In this document: in pieces, positions 10,204-20,066 of the stretch
Layout of the letters: the number at the start of each line of letters is the position of its first letter
How positions within the stretch are numbered: position 1 is the first letter of the stretch
Assembly (NCBI GenBank): GCA_021794235.1
Contig: JAJYRE010000018.1
Span: 3,441 to 67,440, forward strand
Source: Nanobdellota archaeon
GTDB lineage: Archaea; Nanobdellota; Nanobdellia; Parvarchaeales; Parvarchaeaceae
Direction: 5' to 3'
DNA length: 64,000 bases
The notes under the pieces: model-generated
What the model saw: only the letters and a program-made list of their open reading frames with translations
Told to the model about the DNA's origin: nothing
The model's database searches: none
Position numbers and translations under genes: made by a program

Positions 10204-10849
10204 GATAGGCGTAGACGAGGCCGGAAGAGGCCCCGTTATAGGCCCGCTGGTAGTTGCCGGCGTGAGTATTGACGAGAAGGATATAGAAAAATTTAAGAGT
10301 GCCGGCGTCAAAGATTCTAAACTTTTAAGTATAAGACGAATATACTTCCTGGAAAAATTCGTGATGGAAAACGCAGCGGATTTTAAGCACTATGAGATAT
10401 GGCCGGCGGACATAGATGAAAGAAGCAAGGAGAACACGAATCTGAACTATATGGAACTAGATAAGATGGCCAGGATTGCGAACGAACTCGGAGGAGATAT
10501 GGTAACTGTAGATTCTCCGAGTGCGAATACGCTTAAGGTAGAAAAATACCTTACAAAACTGATAAAAAACAAGAAAGTGGTAGCCAAAAACTACGCTGAC
10601 AGGGATTTTGTAGAAGTGTCTGCGGCGTCTATAATCGCAAAGGCAAACAGGGAGAGAGAAGTCGATAAGATAAAAAAGGACATAGGTTACGATTTCGGAA
10701 GCGGTTATCCTTCGGATCCAAAGACTGCTAACTTTCTTGGAATCATAATAGAAAACGGTAAGATAAACCAGATGCCTTACAAGAAGTACATAAGGAGTAC
10801 ATGGCGGACTATAACTAGACTAAAGAATAGAACGCTTTCAGAATATTGA
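10196..10849 (+). CDS. rnhB: Ribonuclease HII
   Basis: GVDEAGRGPVIGP, KDSK, VSAASIIAK, GSGYPSDP. Confidence 0.98.
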   Translation: MIRIGVDEAGRGPVIGPLVVAGVSIDEKDIEKFKSAGVKDSKLLSIRRIYFLEKFVMENAADFKHYEIWPADIDERSKENTNLNYMELDKMARIANELGGDMVTVDSPSANTLKVEKYLTKLIKNKKVVAKNYADRDFVEVSAASIIAKANREREVDKIKKDIGYDFGSGYPSDPKTANFLGIIIENGKINQMPYKKYIRSTWRTITRLKNRTLSEY

Positions 10850-11248
10850 TCAAGCAGATACCTTATCTAGAAATTCCTTTGGGAGCGGCACTGCCTTCCA
10901 TTTATTCTTATCGATAGCTACCATGGTTATGTAGCCCTCACAGATATCATCGGAACCCCTCTTTATCTCAAAGTTGTATTTTACAGCCTTACTGGAGATG
11001 ACTTCTGGCTTCATATATACTCTCAGTTTGTCACCTACGTGCGCGGGGTTATGGTATTTTGCGTTAGATTCAACGACCACAAACCAGATACCCTCATTCT
11101 CAAGAGGCATTACGCTACCGGTCTTTTTCAGTGAAAATTGTTCGAGTGTGTCGGTGAAAAACCTGTAGTAGCCTGCGTAGTGCACTATCCCTTGAAGATC
11201 GGTGTCGTATATCTTAACGGTCTCGTCGAAATAGAATCCGTCTTCCAT
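10850..11248 (-). CDS. Hotdog-fold acyl-CoA thioesterase (YbgC/4HBT family)
   Basis: DTDLQGIVHYAGY motif, 132 aa. Confidence 0.88.
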   Translation of the reverse strand: MEDGFYFDETVKIYDTDLQGIVHYAGYYRFFTDTLEQFSLKKTGSVMPLENEGIWFVVVESNAKYHNPAHVGDKLRVYMKPEVISSKAVKYNFEIKRGSDDICEGYITMVAIDKNKWKAVPLPKEFLDKVSA

Positions 11249-11279
11249 TCATAGAATAGTACTCGGTAACTTATATTAC

Positions 11280-12626
11280 TTATGCAAAGACTATGCCGGC
11301 GAAAAGAGACAGTATAAGTATGAGAACTATAATCTCCTTCACTCTCATACGCGGCGACTTAGTCAGTAATTTCTTCCGAGTTTCCATTTCCTGGCCGAAA
11401 CCAGTATCGGAAAGAAGTCCGAAATAATAGAAAGTAGAAAAAAGCAGTATGAAAAACAGTGCAATCAGTATGTAGACATACCCGCTGCCGAGTATGGATT
11501 CAAATATCAAAAGCTTACCGAAAAATCCAATTGTTGGTGGGAATCCTGCAAGTGATAGCAGGCCGAGTATTACACCTGCCAACCCAATGGCGGATACAGA
11601 GCGCATCTTCTTTGCATCCTTCCTGTAGATTATACCTCTCTCCTCAAAGAGCCTATACGCAAGAAATATCAGAGCGTCCGCTATCGCAAAAGAGAAGATA
11701 TAGAACACCGATGCGAAGAGACCGTTTGCTGTAAATAGTCCAAGCCCGATGAAAGCAAAGCCAGCCTGCGAGATACTGGAGTATGCAAGTATTCTTTTTA
11801 TCCTATCCTGAACCGTAGCCAGGAATATTGAGAAGAATATAGTCACAAGTGCTATTCCTAGGAATAATGTACTTATCATATGAGACACCGGTATCGCAAA
11901 GAAAAAGATTCTTATAAGAGCTACCAGACCTGCCGTCTTTGATATAGATGATAAGAATGCGGTTATAGCGCTGTCTGACGCCTCGTACACGTCGGGGGCC
12001 CACATATGAAACGGCACAAGTGTAGATTTAAATGCCAGACCAACAACCACAAATACTACGCCGGCTACGAACGGTATAAAGTTGATATTATACAGGGAAG
12101 TGAACGATAAAGTTCCAGAGCCTGCAAAAACCAAGGAGATACCAAAAAGCAGGATAGCCATTGATACCACACTTGTTGTAAGATACTTCACTGCGGCTTC
12201 CAAGTGCCTATCGGATTTTTGGAAGTAAACAAGCCCGTACGAAGCTATGGAAAGCATCTCTATAGCCACGGCCATCGACAGGAGGTTGGATGAAAGAACA
12301 ACCAGCATGGCACCGCCTACAGCCAATAAGAACAGTATGTCAAGATACGTACTCCCTTCTGCGCCGCCGTCCGCCCATATAAATGAATATATTACTACAG
12401 AAAGAAACAGCAAAAAACCGTTTATGAAGTAGGAATACTGGGCACCGCTGTAAAATGGTATACTCATATTCCCGTAAAAAATCTCCGTCAAGAATGACGC
12501 GACCAGGATGATAAGTGTGAGTGCGTGGAGATAGAACTGTTTCTCTATATGGAGTTCTTTTCTTAATAGGTCCACTATTATGGCAAGTCCTATTCCGGCA
12601 AACAAAATATATTCTGAATTTATCAT
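11280..12626 (-). CDS. nuoN: NADH-quinone oxidoreductase-like subunit N
   Basis: EAAVKY, FKSTLVPFHMWAPDVYE, KRILAYSSI, LAGFPPTIGFFGK. Confidence 0.93.
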   Translation of the reverse strand: MINSEYILFAGIGLAIIVDLLRKELHIEKQFYLHALTLIILVASFLTEIFYGNMSIPFYSGAQYSYFINGFLLFLSVVIYSFIWADGGAEGSTYLDILFLLAVGGAMLVVLSSNLLSMAVAIEMLSIASYGLVYFQKSDRHLEAAVKYLTTSVVSMAILLFGISLVFAGSGTLSFTSLYNINFIPFVAGVVFVVVGLAFKSTLVPFHMWAPDVYEASDSAITAFLSSISKTAGLVALIRIFFFAIPVSHMISTLFLGIALVTIFFSIFLATVQDRIKRILAYSSISQAGFAFIGLGLFTANGLFASVFYIFSFAIADALIFLAYRLFEERGIIYRKDAKKMRSVSAIGLAGVILGLLSLAGFPPTIGFFGKLLIFESILGSGYVYILIALFFILLFSTFYYFGLLSDTGFGQEMETRKKLLTKSPRMRVKEIIVLILILSLFAGIVFA

Positions 12627-14032
12627 ATCACACCGAAAGAACCGATTATCAGACTAGGATATAGGCCGATAAGTATAACAAAAAATGAGAATAATGAAAG
12701 TCCGAATATTTCCACAAGGGATATATCTGAGATCTTTTTGAGACTGGAGTGCAAGGTACCATAAAATATCTTTCTAACAGAATTAAGATAGTAATTTGTA
12801 GCGACCAGTAGCCCTACGAGAGAGACCAGAACGAAAGGAAATACCGAATACGACCCTATGAAGATAAGAAGCTCTCCTACGAAATTTGAAAGACCCGGCA
12901 CACCCAGTGTTGCAAACACCATAAATACGAAAAAGAATGTTAGTACTGGCATTCTTTTCATAACCCCGCCGCTCTTGTAAATGTCGTGCGTACCGATTCT
13001 TGAGAAAAGCATGGATGACATCGCAAACAGGCTGGCTATTATAAAAGAGTGGCTTACCATTAATATCACGGATCCTGTTACAGCGGAAACGCTGGTAGAG
13101 ACTATTCCGATGAACACCAATCCCATATAAAATGCACTGGAGTAGGAAAGCATGGATTTTAAGTTCTTTTGACCGGATGCTGCGAATGCCATATAAATAA
13201 CAGCAATTATACCGAGGATAAGCAAGGGAATGCTAAACCGATGCAGTATACTGGGAAATAGCTCTAAACCGAACAGAATAAGTATATAGCCGCCCAGTTT
13301 GGACATTACTGCAGATAGAAAAACCGTACCTGACATCGGCGCCGAGAGGTAGGCGTCTGGAAGCCATTCGTGCAACGGAAATACCGGCATCTTTATCAGT
13401 GCGGTTACCAGTATGAAGATAAAGATTGTATAACTGACTATAGACGGTATTGAGGACGCTGTTGCAAAGAGAGTTGTAAGGCTAAAACTGCCGGTGTATA
13501 TAAAGACCAGTATAAACGCCCCTAGGAGTGTAAGGCTCCCGAATTGAGTAAATATCAGAAACTTCATCGCAGATCTCTTGTTTGCGCCATCACCAAACAG
13601 TGAGATTATGAAAAACATAGAGAGAACTGTTACTTCCCAGAAAAGGAAGAGTGAAATCAAGTTACCGGAAATAAAAACAATTATCGCAGACATATAGGCA
13701 AGCATGTAAAATATATGAAATATTGTAGAACTCTCGGATTTTTCCCTGTTTAGTGAGATGATGGCAATTAACGGAACGAAGACAGAAAGAAGGATAAATG
13801 GGGTGCTAAGGCTGTTTGTAACAAGAGAGAATGAAAAATCCAGTGATTGTACCAGACTAACATCAAAACCTCCAAAACCATAGACCAGTCCTACAAGAAA
13901 CAGCACTGCAGTAGAGCACATCGAGATGATTGTGATGTTTTTTTGACTGGTGCTTTTTGTGTAATTATTTAGTATCAGAGCCATTATGCCGATGAGCGGA
14001 ATTATCAGAAAACCGATAAGATTTATAATCAT
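12623..14032 (-). CDS. nuoM: NADH-quinone oxidoreductase-like subunit M
   Basis: FLFWE, IKMPVFPLHEWLPDA, KLGGY, GVPGLSNFVGE. Confidence 0.93.
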   Translation of the reverse strand: MIINLIGFLIIPLIGIMALILNNYTKSTSQKNITIISMCSTAVLFLVGLVYGFGGFDVSLVQSLDFSFSLVTNSLSTPFILLSVFVPLIAIISLNREKSESSTIFHIFYMLAYMSAIIVFISGNLISLFLFWEVTVLSMFFIISLFGDGANKRSAMKFLIFTQFGSLTLLGAFILVFIYTGSFSLTTLFATASSIPSIVSYTIFIFILVTALIKMPVFPLHEWLPDAYLSAPMSGTVFLSAVMSKLGGYILILFGLELFPSILHRFSIPLLILGIIAVIYMAFAASGQKNLKSMLSYSSAFYMGLVFIGIVSTSVSAVTGSVILMVSHSFIIASLFAMSSMLFSRIGTHDIYKSGGVMKRMPVLTFFFVFMVFATLGVPGLSNFVGELLIFIGSYSVFPFVLVSLVGLLVATNYYLNSVRKIFYGTLHSSLKKISDISLVEIFGLSLFSFFVILIGLYPSLIIGSFGVI

Positions 14033-15771
14033 AGCATGACCACCACCAGCAACAGTAGTGCTACCATGCCTATAAAGATAGCATCTATATAGGATAGTGC
14101 ATCCCCGTTCTGGATTCTTCTAGATTTAGACGAAAGGTACATGGCAGAAGCAGCCAGCCTAGAGAAACTACGAGCAAGAACATTGTCAAACTCAGCTACC
14201 ACCTCACCGAAACCGACTATAGAGTTTCCGGTGTACAATAGGATATTATCATACCTGTAGTTGGCTATCCTATCAGACAATAGGTAAAGTTTTGCAACCA
14301 TGCGACTTGCCTTTTTGTAATAAAACAGTTCAAGTGCCATATAGATGCCTAGCGCTGCTGCCACCAATGACAGATATGAAAACATATCTAAACGGTACTG
14401 GATTGGAAGCAGATTGTTGAAGAATAGGAGGAAAGATCCGCCTACCGAGGAAACGGCGGCCAGTATATAGACAGGGAAGTATGCGGCGGGATCCTTTAGA
14501 GTCGGTCTGGAACGATTCGATGAAAAAATTATGAAGAACGCTCTAAATGCAAAGAGGGCTGTTAGGAAGGATATCACAACAAATCCGACGTTCTCGTAAA
14601 AGTTGAACCCATAGGTTATACTGAGATGCGCGAAGAAACTCATAAAGGGAGGTATAGCAGACAGTGATAGAAACCCGATCAGACTAGGAATCAGGACCCA
14701 TGACTTTCGTGACCCTCTTGATTTTATTTTGTATATATCATATGTACCGAATGAAAGTGCTAGAACACCACTTACAAAGAATAGTAGGGATTTGAATACG
14801 GCGTGGGTAAACAGATAGAATACTGCTCCACCGGTGTTTGCCGTACCTATCGCCAGAAACATAAACGCCAGGCTCTCCATAGTTGAATAAGCGAGTATCT
14901 TTTTGAAATGTCTCTCCCTAAGCGCTAGGAACGCAGCTATCAGAGACGTTAAGAAACCGAATCCGGTAACCAATCCTGTCATACCTGCGGACTGTATTAT
15001 CGGAAGCACCAAAACCGCAAGATAAGCACCTGCCGCTACCATAGTTGCGGAGTGCAACAAGGCACTTACCGGCGTCGGACCTTCCATCGCATCTATCAGC
15101 CAGGTATAAAATGGAAACTGTGCGGCCTTTGAGAATGCCGCCGTTATCAGGAGTACAGAGACTATTGCCATAGTTGCGGGTGGTATTACCGACAACTCAT
15201 TGAGGATGGATGAAAGGGAAAATGTATGAACTGCTGTAAATAGTATTATTATTGCTGCAAGCAGGGCCATGTCACCTATCCTGGTTATGACAAGGGCTTT
15301 TTTACCCGCTGCCGATGGTGCCTCCTTGCTGTACCAGAAACCTATCAACAAGTATGAAGAGACTCCTATAAACTCCCAGAATACAAAGAACAGAAGAAGA
15401 CTGTTTGATATGACAAGGCCCAGCATTGAGAATATGAAAAATGACATTTCGGCGTAAAAGCGCTTCTGCGGCTCCTTCTTCATGTAAAAGGTGGAGAAGA
15501 TAAGAACCATAAGTGATATGAAAGAAACTAGTGTAGCCATGAAAAGAGTCAAGTTATTTGATACGGTGGAGAGCACTATGCTATAACCGTTGACAGTCAT
15601 CCATGTATAACTCTGCTCTATGATTTTTCCGAAACCGGCATAAAAGTGGTAACCTGACAGGATAAGCGATAGCGCTGTACCCGTGATTGATACAATGAAG
15701 CTGTACTCCTTACGAAATAACGGAATCAGTAGGGTTGCAATGATTGCGGGAAGCAGTATAAAGAATAACAT
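14029..15771 (-). CDS. nuoL: NADH-quinone oxidoreductase-like subunit L
   Basis: KAAQFPFYTWLIDAMEGPTPVSALLHSATMV, HAVFKSLLF, C-terminal RIQNG after the lateral helix. Confidence 0.95.
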   Translation of the reverse strand: MLFFILLPAIIATLLIPLFRKEYSFIVSITGTALSLILSGYHFYAGFGKIIEQSYTWMTVNGYSIVLSTVSNNLTLFMATLVSFISLMVLIFSTFYMKKEPQKRFYAEMSFFIFSMLGLVISNSLLLFFVFWEFIGVSSYLLIGFWYSKEAPSAAGKKALVITRIGDMALLAAIIILFTAVHTFSLSSILNELSVIPPATMAIVSVLLITAAFSKAAQFPFYTWLIDAMEGPTPVSALLHSATMVAAGAYLAVLVLPIIQSAGMTGLVTGFGFLTSLIAAFLALRERHFKKILAYSTMESLAFMFLAIGTANTGGAVFYLFTHAVFKSLLFFVSGVLALSFGTYDIYKIKSRGSRKSWVLIPSLIGFLSLSAIPPFMSFFAHLSITYGFNFYENVGFVVISFLTALFAFRAFFIIFSSNRSRPTLKDPAAYFPVYILAAVSSVGGSFLLFFNNLLPIQYRLDMFSYLSLVAAALGIYMALELFYYKKASRMVAKLYLLSDRIANYRYDNILLYTGNSIVGFGEVVAEFDNVLARSFSRLAASAMYLSSKSRRIQNGDALSYIDAIFIGMVALLLLVVVML

Positions 15772-15772
15772 A

Positions 15773-16075
15773 TCAACCCCTGAATTTACCCACTTTTGAT
15801 ATATCGACCGTGCCTTTCTTCCTGGACAGTTCTATCATCAGAGACATAAAGACAACAGCTTCGAAAACCGCCATTATAAGGACGAGTATCGCGTATACTG
15901 CTCCGCTTATCTCATTGAGAAAACTGGCTGCGAATGCAAAGTTTATGACAGCCGCGTTTATTATTATCTCTATAGAGATTATTATGTAAATTCCATTTCT
16001 TTTCGATATTATTCCATACACCCCTATAGCAAACAATACCGATGTCAGTATCAGAATGTCTTGAAACGGAATCAT
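15773..16075 (-). CDS. nuoK: NADH-quinone oxidoreductase-like subunit K
   Basis: 100 aa, three TM helices, conserved Glu in SIEIIINAA and AVFEAV. Confidence 0.9.
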   Translation of the reverse strand: MIPFQDILILTSVLFAIGVYGIISKRNGIYIIISIEIIINAAVINFAFAASFLNEISGAVYAILVLIMAVFEAVVFMSLMIELSRKKGTVDISKVGKFRG

Positions 16076-16548
16076 CTGTAAGCCTCCTTATTGATTATGA
16101 ACAGGGAAGATATTAGACTTGTCAATGCTGTAAATGCTATTATTACAAGTAGGGGCCCGTAATTCTGGAACAGGTACACTCCCAAGGTCTGATAATTTAG
16201 GGTAGACGCTGCGGTGTAGCTAGGAAACCTGAGAAGAAGGTACGATGTAAGTGCCAGAATTATGACTGGTACGGCAAAAACGAACTTGTAATTTAGATTT
16301 TCCACTATGCCCTCCGGAAGAAGGCTTATCCCTATCGCCAACAGAAGAACTATGCCACCGTTGTATATTATCAATTCGACAACGCTGAGAAAGACTGCAT
16401 TTATGTAAAGTAGGCTTGTGGCGACGATTACGACAAACATAAACATGAACAGAATCGAGTGTACAAGTCGTTTTGTAGAGACCATCAATATCGCCAGAGA
16501 CACAAGTAAAATTGATATTATATAGAATCCTATTGTCCCCAGGTCCAT
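16072..16548 (-). CDS. nuoJ: NADH-quinone oxidoreductase-like subunit J
   Basis: Hydrophobic; LVHS..., ELIIYNGGIVLL, LGVYLFQNY; sits upstream of nuoK. Confidence 0.85.
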   Translation of the reverse strand: MDLGTIGFYIISILLVSLAILMVSTKRLVHSILFMFMFVVIVATSLLYINAVFLSVVELIIYNGGIVLLLAIGISLLPEGIVENLNYKFVFAVPVIILALTSYLLLRFPSYTAASTLNYQTLGVYLFQNYGPLLVIIAFTALTSLISSLFIINKEAYR

Positions 16549-16615
16549 TAAGTTTGATGTATTTAGATGAATATAAAAGTTGACAAACTTTGCGCTATTC
16601 CCGGTGGATTTTTAC

Positions 16616-17482
16616 TTATCCGTTAATCAGGTCGAACAGCGTTTCTAGCTGAACTTTCCTTGAATCTATACTGGACTTGAGTTTATGATACTCGTCCTCG
16701 CTTATTTTCCCCGAAACGAAACTTCTTTCCAAGTCGGATGATTCCTTCTCAACGTCCCTGAGTTTATTGCTAAGGTTCTGCGGCCCTTTGAAGCCGTTCG
16801 CCAGAGTGCTGTTAACGCTTTGTGTCATCTGCCTCTTATTCAATTTGTTGGAGTATTTTCTGGAAAGTTCGCTGTACAGTTCTGTCATGTCACCCTCCAG
16901 TTTTGAGTATGACTCCTTGTCCTTAAATTTGCAGTCACCCGCTAGGACAACTCTTACGTTCGCGGACTCTTCGGTCGGATCATATATCCCGATTATTTTA
17001 GCCCACAAAAACATTGGTACAACCTTCTTTATCATGAACGCTATGAATGAAAGAACGAAGAATGCAATCATGCCGTATACTGTAACTGCAGACGGCGTGT
17101 AGCTGAAACTAGTAAGGTCGGTCTCAACAGAGCCCCTAAAAGACACCAGTATAACGCCTAGAAATATTATACCCAAAACTAGGAAGGATTTCCAAAGAAC
17201 CGGGTACTTTGATCCTTTTTTATTATCCCTAGCGGCTTTTATAAGAGCACGTATGGGTTTCGCGTTTCCTCCTCGGAAGGTCTCTTCTAATTCACTCCCC
17301 TCGTATTTTGCGAGTTCATTGAGAAGAATCTTATAATCCATATCCGTTAGTGATTCAGAGAGTTCGTTACGGAGTTCCTGCGGATCATCGCTTTTTACGT
17401 AAAGGTCATAGAATACGTGCTTCTTTTCAAGAGTATTTACATCAAACTCTTTCTCGTAGTTCTTTATGTTGAAGCCAAACAT
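16616..17482 (-). CDS. Hypothetical protein with two TM helices and a C-terminal SHOCT-like helix
   Basis: Two hydrophobic segments; C-terminal SGKISEDEYHKLK. Confidence 0.7.
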   Translation of the reverse strand: MFGFNIKNYEKEFDVNTLEKKHVFYDLYVKSDDPQELRNELSESLTDMDYKILLNELAKYEGSELEETFRGGNAKPIRALIKAARDNKKGSKYPVLWKSFLVLGIIFLGVILVSFRGSVETDLTSFSYTPSAVTVYGMIAFFVLSFIAFMIKKVVPMFLWAKIIGIYDPTEESANVRVVLAGDCKFKDKESYSKLEGDMTELYSELSRKYSNKLNKRQMTQSVNSTLANGFKGPQNLSNKLRDVEKESSDLERSFVSGKISEDEYHKLKSSIDSRKVQLETLFDLING

Positions 17483-17557
17483 ATGTAATATAAGAAAAGG
17501 CCTAAATAAAAAGATTTTGGATTTGCTACTGATAAGTCAGCCGAAACGAAATAGGGT

Positions 17558-17731
17558 TTACTTGCTTTTCTTCGACTCTGCGAGCTCCTTCTTCCTAAGC
17601 TCGCTCTTCAGCACCGCTATTTTCTTCTTTAAGTGTCTGTACTTTCCTGCATCAGCTGGCTGAAGTCCTTGCGTTCTCTTTATGTTCATCTTTAGGAGTT
17701 CCAGTTCCAGCTCCTTCAAATCCTCTTCCAT
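17558..17731 (-). CDS. rpl29: 50S ribosomal protein L29 (57 aa, absent from ORF track)
   Basis: Manual translation MEEDLKELELELLKMNIKRTQGLQPADAGKYRHLKKKIAVLKSELRKKELAESKKSK; GAGGT Shine-Dalgarno upstream; canonical position after S3. Confidence 0.85.
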   Translation of the reverse strand: MEEDLKELELELLKMNIKRTQGLQPADAGKYRHLKKKIAVLKSELRKKELAESKKSK

Positions 17732-18323
17732 CTTTTATTTCTACCTCACTTGGCGAACGTACCGGCACTACTATAGTTACCTTTATGCCTACAACGCCCC
17801 TCTTTAAAACTAATTGTTTACTAGCGGTCCTTACACCGAAAGACTCTAAATGCCCTGTCTTTGGCATTACACTTCCGTGTGGCCTGAACTTGAAATGTGC
17901 AGCCCTCTCCTTTATAACACCGCCTATCTCTATCTCAACACCGCCTGCGCCGGCAGCCATAATATCATCCATAGCCCTGTGCGCGATTATCTTGTATCTC
18001 ATAGGTCCGTATTTCGAGATCTTGAAGGCTATAGAATCCGCCGCTATCTTCGGGTCCAACTGAGGATCCTCAGTCTGTTCAACTTCAATCCTAGGCGGCT
18101 CCTGTTTGAAATAGTTACCAAGGTACCTTGATGCGTCCCGCATAGTCTGCGCCGCTCTTGTAACAAGGGCTCCGGGTTTCGGTGTCCTTATGACAACCTT
18201 CATACCCAAAGGAGTCTTGCTTATTATTATATCGCTTATTCCGAATCTGCTGAATTTCTTTTCCAGGTATTCATAGGCACCCTGTTCGCTAACTCTGGAG
18301 CTTATTACTTTCTTCGGCAACAT
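17652..18323 (-). CDS. rps3: 30S ribosomal protein S3
   Basis: KTPLG..., P.LDPKI.A, IMAAGAGGVEIEIGG, GVVGIKVTI; operon position. Confidence 0.92.
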   Translation of the reverse strand: MLPKKVISSRVSEQGAYEYLEKKFSRFGISDIIISKTPLGMKVVIRTPKPGALVTRAAQTMRDASRYLGNYFKQEPPRIEVEQTEDPQLDPKIAADSIAFKISKYGPMRYKIIAHRAMDDIMAAGAGGVEIEIGGVIKERAAHFKFRPHGSVMPKTGHLESFGVRTASKQLVLKRGVVGIKVTIVVPVRSPSEVEIKDGRGFEGAGTGTPKDEHKENARTSAS

Positions 18324-18325
18324 AA

Positions 18326-18892
18326 TCAGTTCTTTACCTCACTATCTGCAACACTTTGCTGTTTATTAGCATTTGCGTCTTCTGGTACTTCTTTCTCCTG
18401 CTTCTGCGGCTCTTCCTTAACCTGTTCTGTAGCAGTCTCGGCAGGCTTTGCCTCTGGTGCCTTCTCGGGCTCCTTCTTTGCGACTGCCTTTCTGTCTTGA
18501 TCTACTATGCTGTAAACGGAAAGATTTGTCCTCTTACCATGCCTGTATACTGAACCGCTTCTGAAACGGGGATAAGCGCCTCTTCCCAGGTCATATCCTG
18601 ATACTACTATCTTGCTATCATCAAAGCCCATGGCCTTGGCATTGTCTTGCAGCTCCTTTATTACCTGATGAACCTGCTTTGTTGCCCTTACAGGATGTCC
18701 CTGTGGCACACCCTGCTTGTGTCCTTTGCTAGGGTATTTCTTGAAAGGTACCGATTCCTTGCCGTCCTTTACCTTCTCCAAGTACTTTATAGCCCTGACT
18801 ATGTTCTTGCCCTTTATAGCCTCCATTATCTCGTGCGTATGCTTGAGAGAGACTATCATTCTGTTTCTTGTTGCGGATACTTTTGTTACCAT
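18326..18892 (-). CDS. rpl22: 50S ribosomal protein L22 with charged C-terminal extension
   Basis: SLKHTHEI..AIKG...AIKYLE.V....VPF, GHPVRA; between S19 and S3. Confidence 0.88.
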   Translation of the reverse strand: MVTKVSATRNRMIVSLKHTHEIMEAIKGKNIVRAIKYLEKVKDGKESVPFKKYPSKGHKQGVPQGHPVRATKQVHQVIKELQDNAKAMGFDDSKIVVSGYDLGRGAYPRFRSGSVYRHGKRTNLSVYSIVDQDRKAVAKKEPEKAPEAKPAETATEQVKEEPQKQEKEVPEDANANKQQSVADSEVKN

Positions 18893-18900
18893 GCTTAGAC

Positions 18901-19290
18901 CTACTTGATCGGCACGAATACACTAGAACGCGTTGCACCAATACCAGGTGAACCATGTCTTACCTGTTTGGTCGTCAGAGCGTACTCGCCTAACCTGTGA
19001 AATACCATTTCTGGTTTTATTTGGATCGGCACAAATTCCTTTCCGTTGTGAACGTGAATTGTTAGCCCAACAAACTGCGGCAGTATAAACATCTCCCTCA
19101 TGTGCGTCTTTATCGTCTTGGATGACTTAACTTTTTTATTAAAATTCTTAAGGAACGTCTTTTCTTCCTGGGAGTATCCTCTCTTGGCCACTCTCCTGAA
19201 GTCTGCGTTTGCTATTTTGGCGAGTTCATCATTGCTCATCGCCTTCAATTCATCTATCGTCTTTCCTCTATATTTAAAGTCTCCACTCAT
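18901..19290 (-). CDS. rps19: 30S ribosomal protein S19
   Basis: FKYRGKTIDEL, KTHMREM, VHNGKEF, HRLGEY, GIGATRSS. Confidence 0.97.
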   Translation of the reverse strand: MSGDFKYRGKTIDELKAMSNDELAKIANADFRRVAKRGYSQEEKTFLKNFNKKVKSSKTIKTHMREMFILPQFVGLTIHVHNGKEFVPIQIKPEMVFHRLGEYALTTKQVRHGSPGIGATRSSVFVPIK

Positions 19291-19295
19291 ATTAA

Positions 19296-19997
19296 CTATC
19301 TAACCCCGGTTCTCTTAGGTGCTATCGTACCGACTTTAGCACCTGCAGGAGCGTTTCTTGCCACGCTCTTAGACTTGTGTTGGGAACTCCTCCTTTTACC
19401 ACCAAATTTGTGTTCGTAAGCGTTCATTGCTACGGCAGCCGTCATTGGCCAATATCTTCCTCTAGACTTAATCGAATGGAACTTGTTCCCCGCTTTGTAG
19501 AAAGGTTTTTCTACTCTGCCTGAATTTGCAACTTTGCCTATTATCGCTCTGCATTCCGGATTCAAGCGGATCACTTTTCCACTAGGCAGTGCTATCGCAG
19601 CGGTCCCCTGTACGTTCTCTACGAGCTTTGCGGACCCTCCGCCAGATTTTACGAGTTTACCGCCGTCGTTAGGCATCAATTCTATATTGTAAATGTCAGT
19701 ACCTGTCGGTATATCTTTCAGTCTTAATATTGCGCCGTTAACAGGCTGCAAAGGATCTAAATAATTAATCGGCATTCCTACGTATGCACCGCTGAAGGCT
19801 GGCAAATAGCACGATTTTCCAGTCTCGAATTTAAGTTTCATCAGAGGAGCCGTTCTGTACACGTCATTGACAAGCGCCACGACTCTGCCTTTTTCTGCTT
19901 CGTCACCCTTTATTAGCTTAGCGTCCGCTACCGCTCTGAAATCATTGACGGTAAACATCTTACTCTTTCCTCTTCTTCTAGCTCTTGGTACTTTCAT
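19296..19997 (-). CDS. rpl2: 50S ribosomal protein L2
   Basis: NIELMPNDGGKLVK, LPSG, KPFYKAG, VAMNAYEHKFGG, APAGAKVG. Confidence 0.96.
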   Translation of the reverse strand: MKVPRARRRGKSKMFTVNDFRAVADAKLIKGDEAEKGRVVALVNDVYRTAPLMKLKFETGKSCYLPAFSGAYVGMPINYLDPLQPVNGAILRLKDIPTGTDIYNIELMPNDGGKLVKSGGGSAKLVENVQGTAAIALPSGKVIRLNPECRAIIGKVANSGRVEKPFYKAGNKFHSIKSRGRYWPMTAAVAMNAYEHKFGGKRRSSQHKSKSVARNAPAGAKVGTIAPKRTGVR

Positions 19998-20021
19998 AAA
20001 TCATTTTAATATACATTCTGG

Positions 20022-20029
20022 TATTTAAA
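20022..20029 (-). promoter_or_regulatory. Putative TATA box for rpl2 operon
   Basis: TTTAAATA on the minus strand, 25-32 nt upstream of the rpl2 ATG. Confidence 0.5.
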
Positions 20030-20066
20030 ATATTATCTTTAGAGTAGAGTAACATTTAAATAGGTT

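Noticed and set aside
17525-17560. CTGATAAG...CGAAAC resembling a hammerhead ribozyme core
   Set aside because: The core should be CUGANGA; stems I-III cannot be formed. It is only a short CTGA/TCAG hairpin after rpl29.
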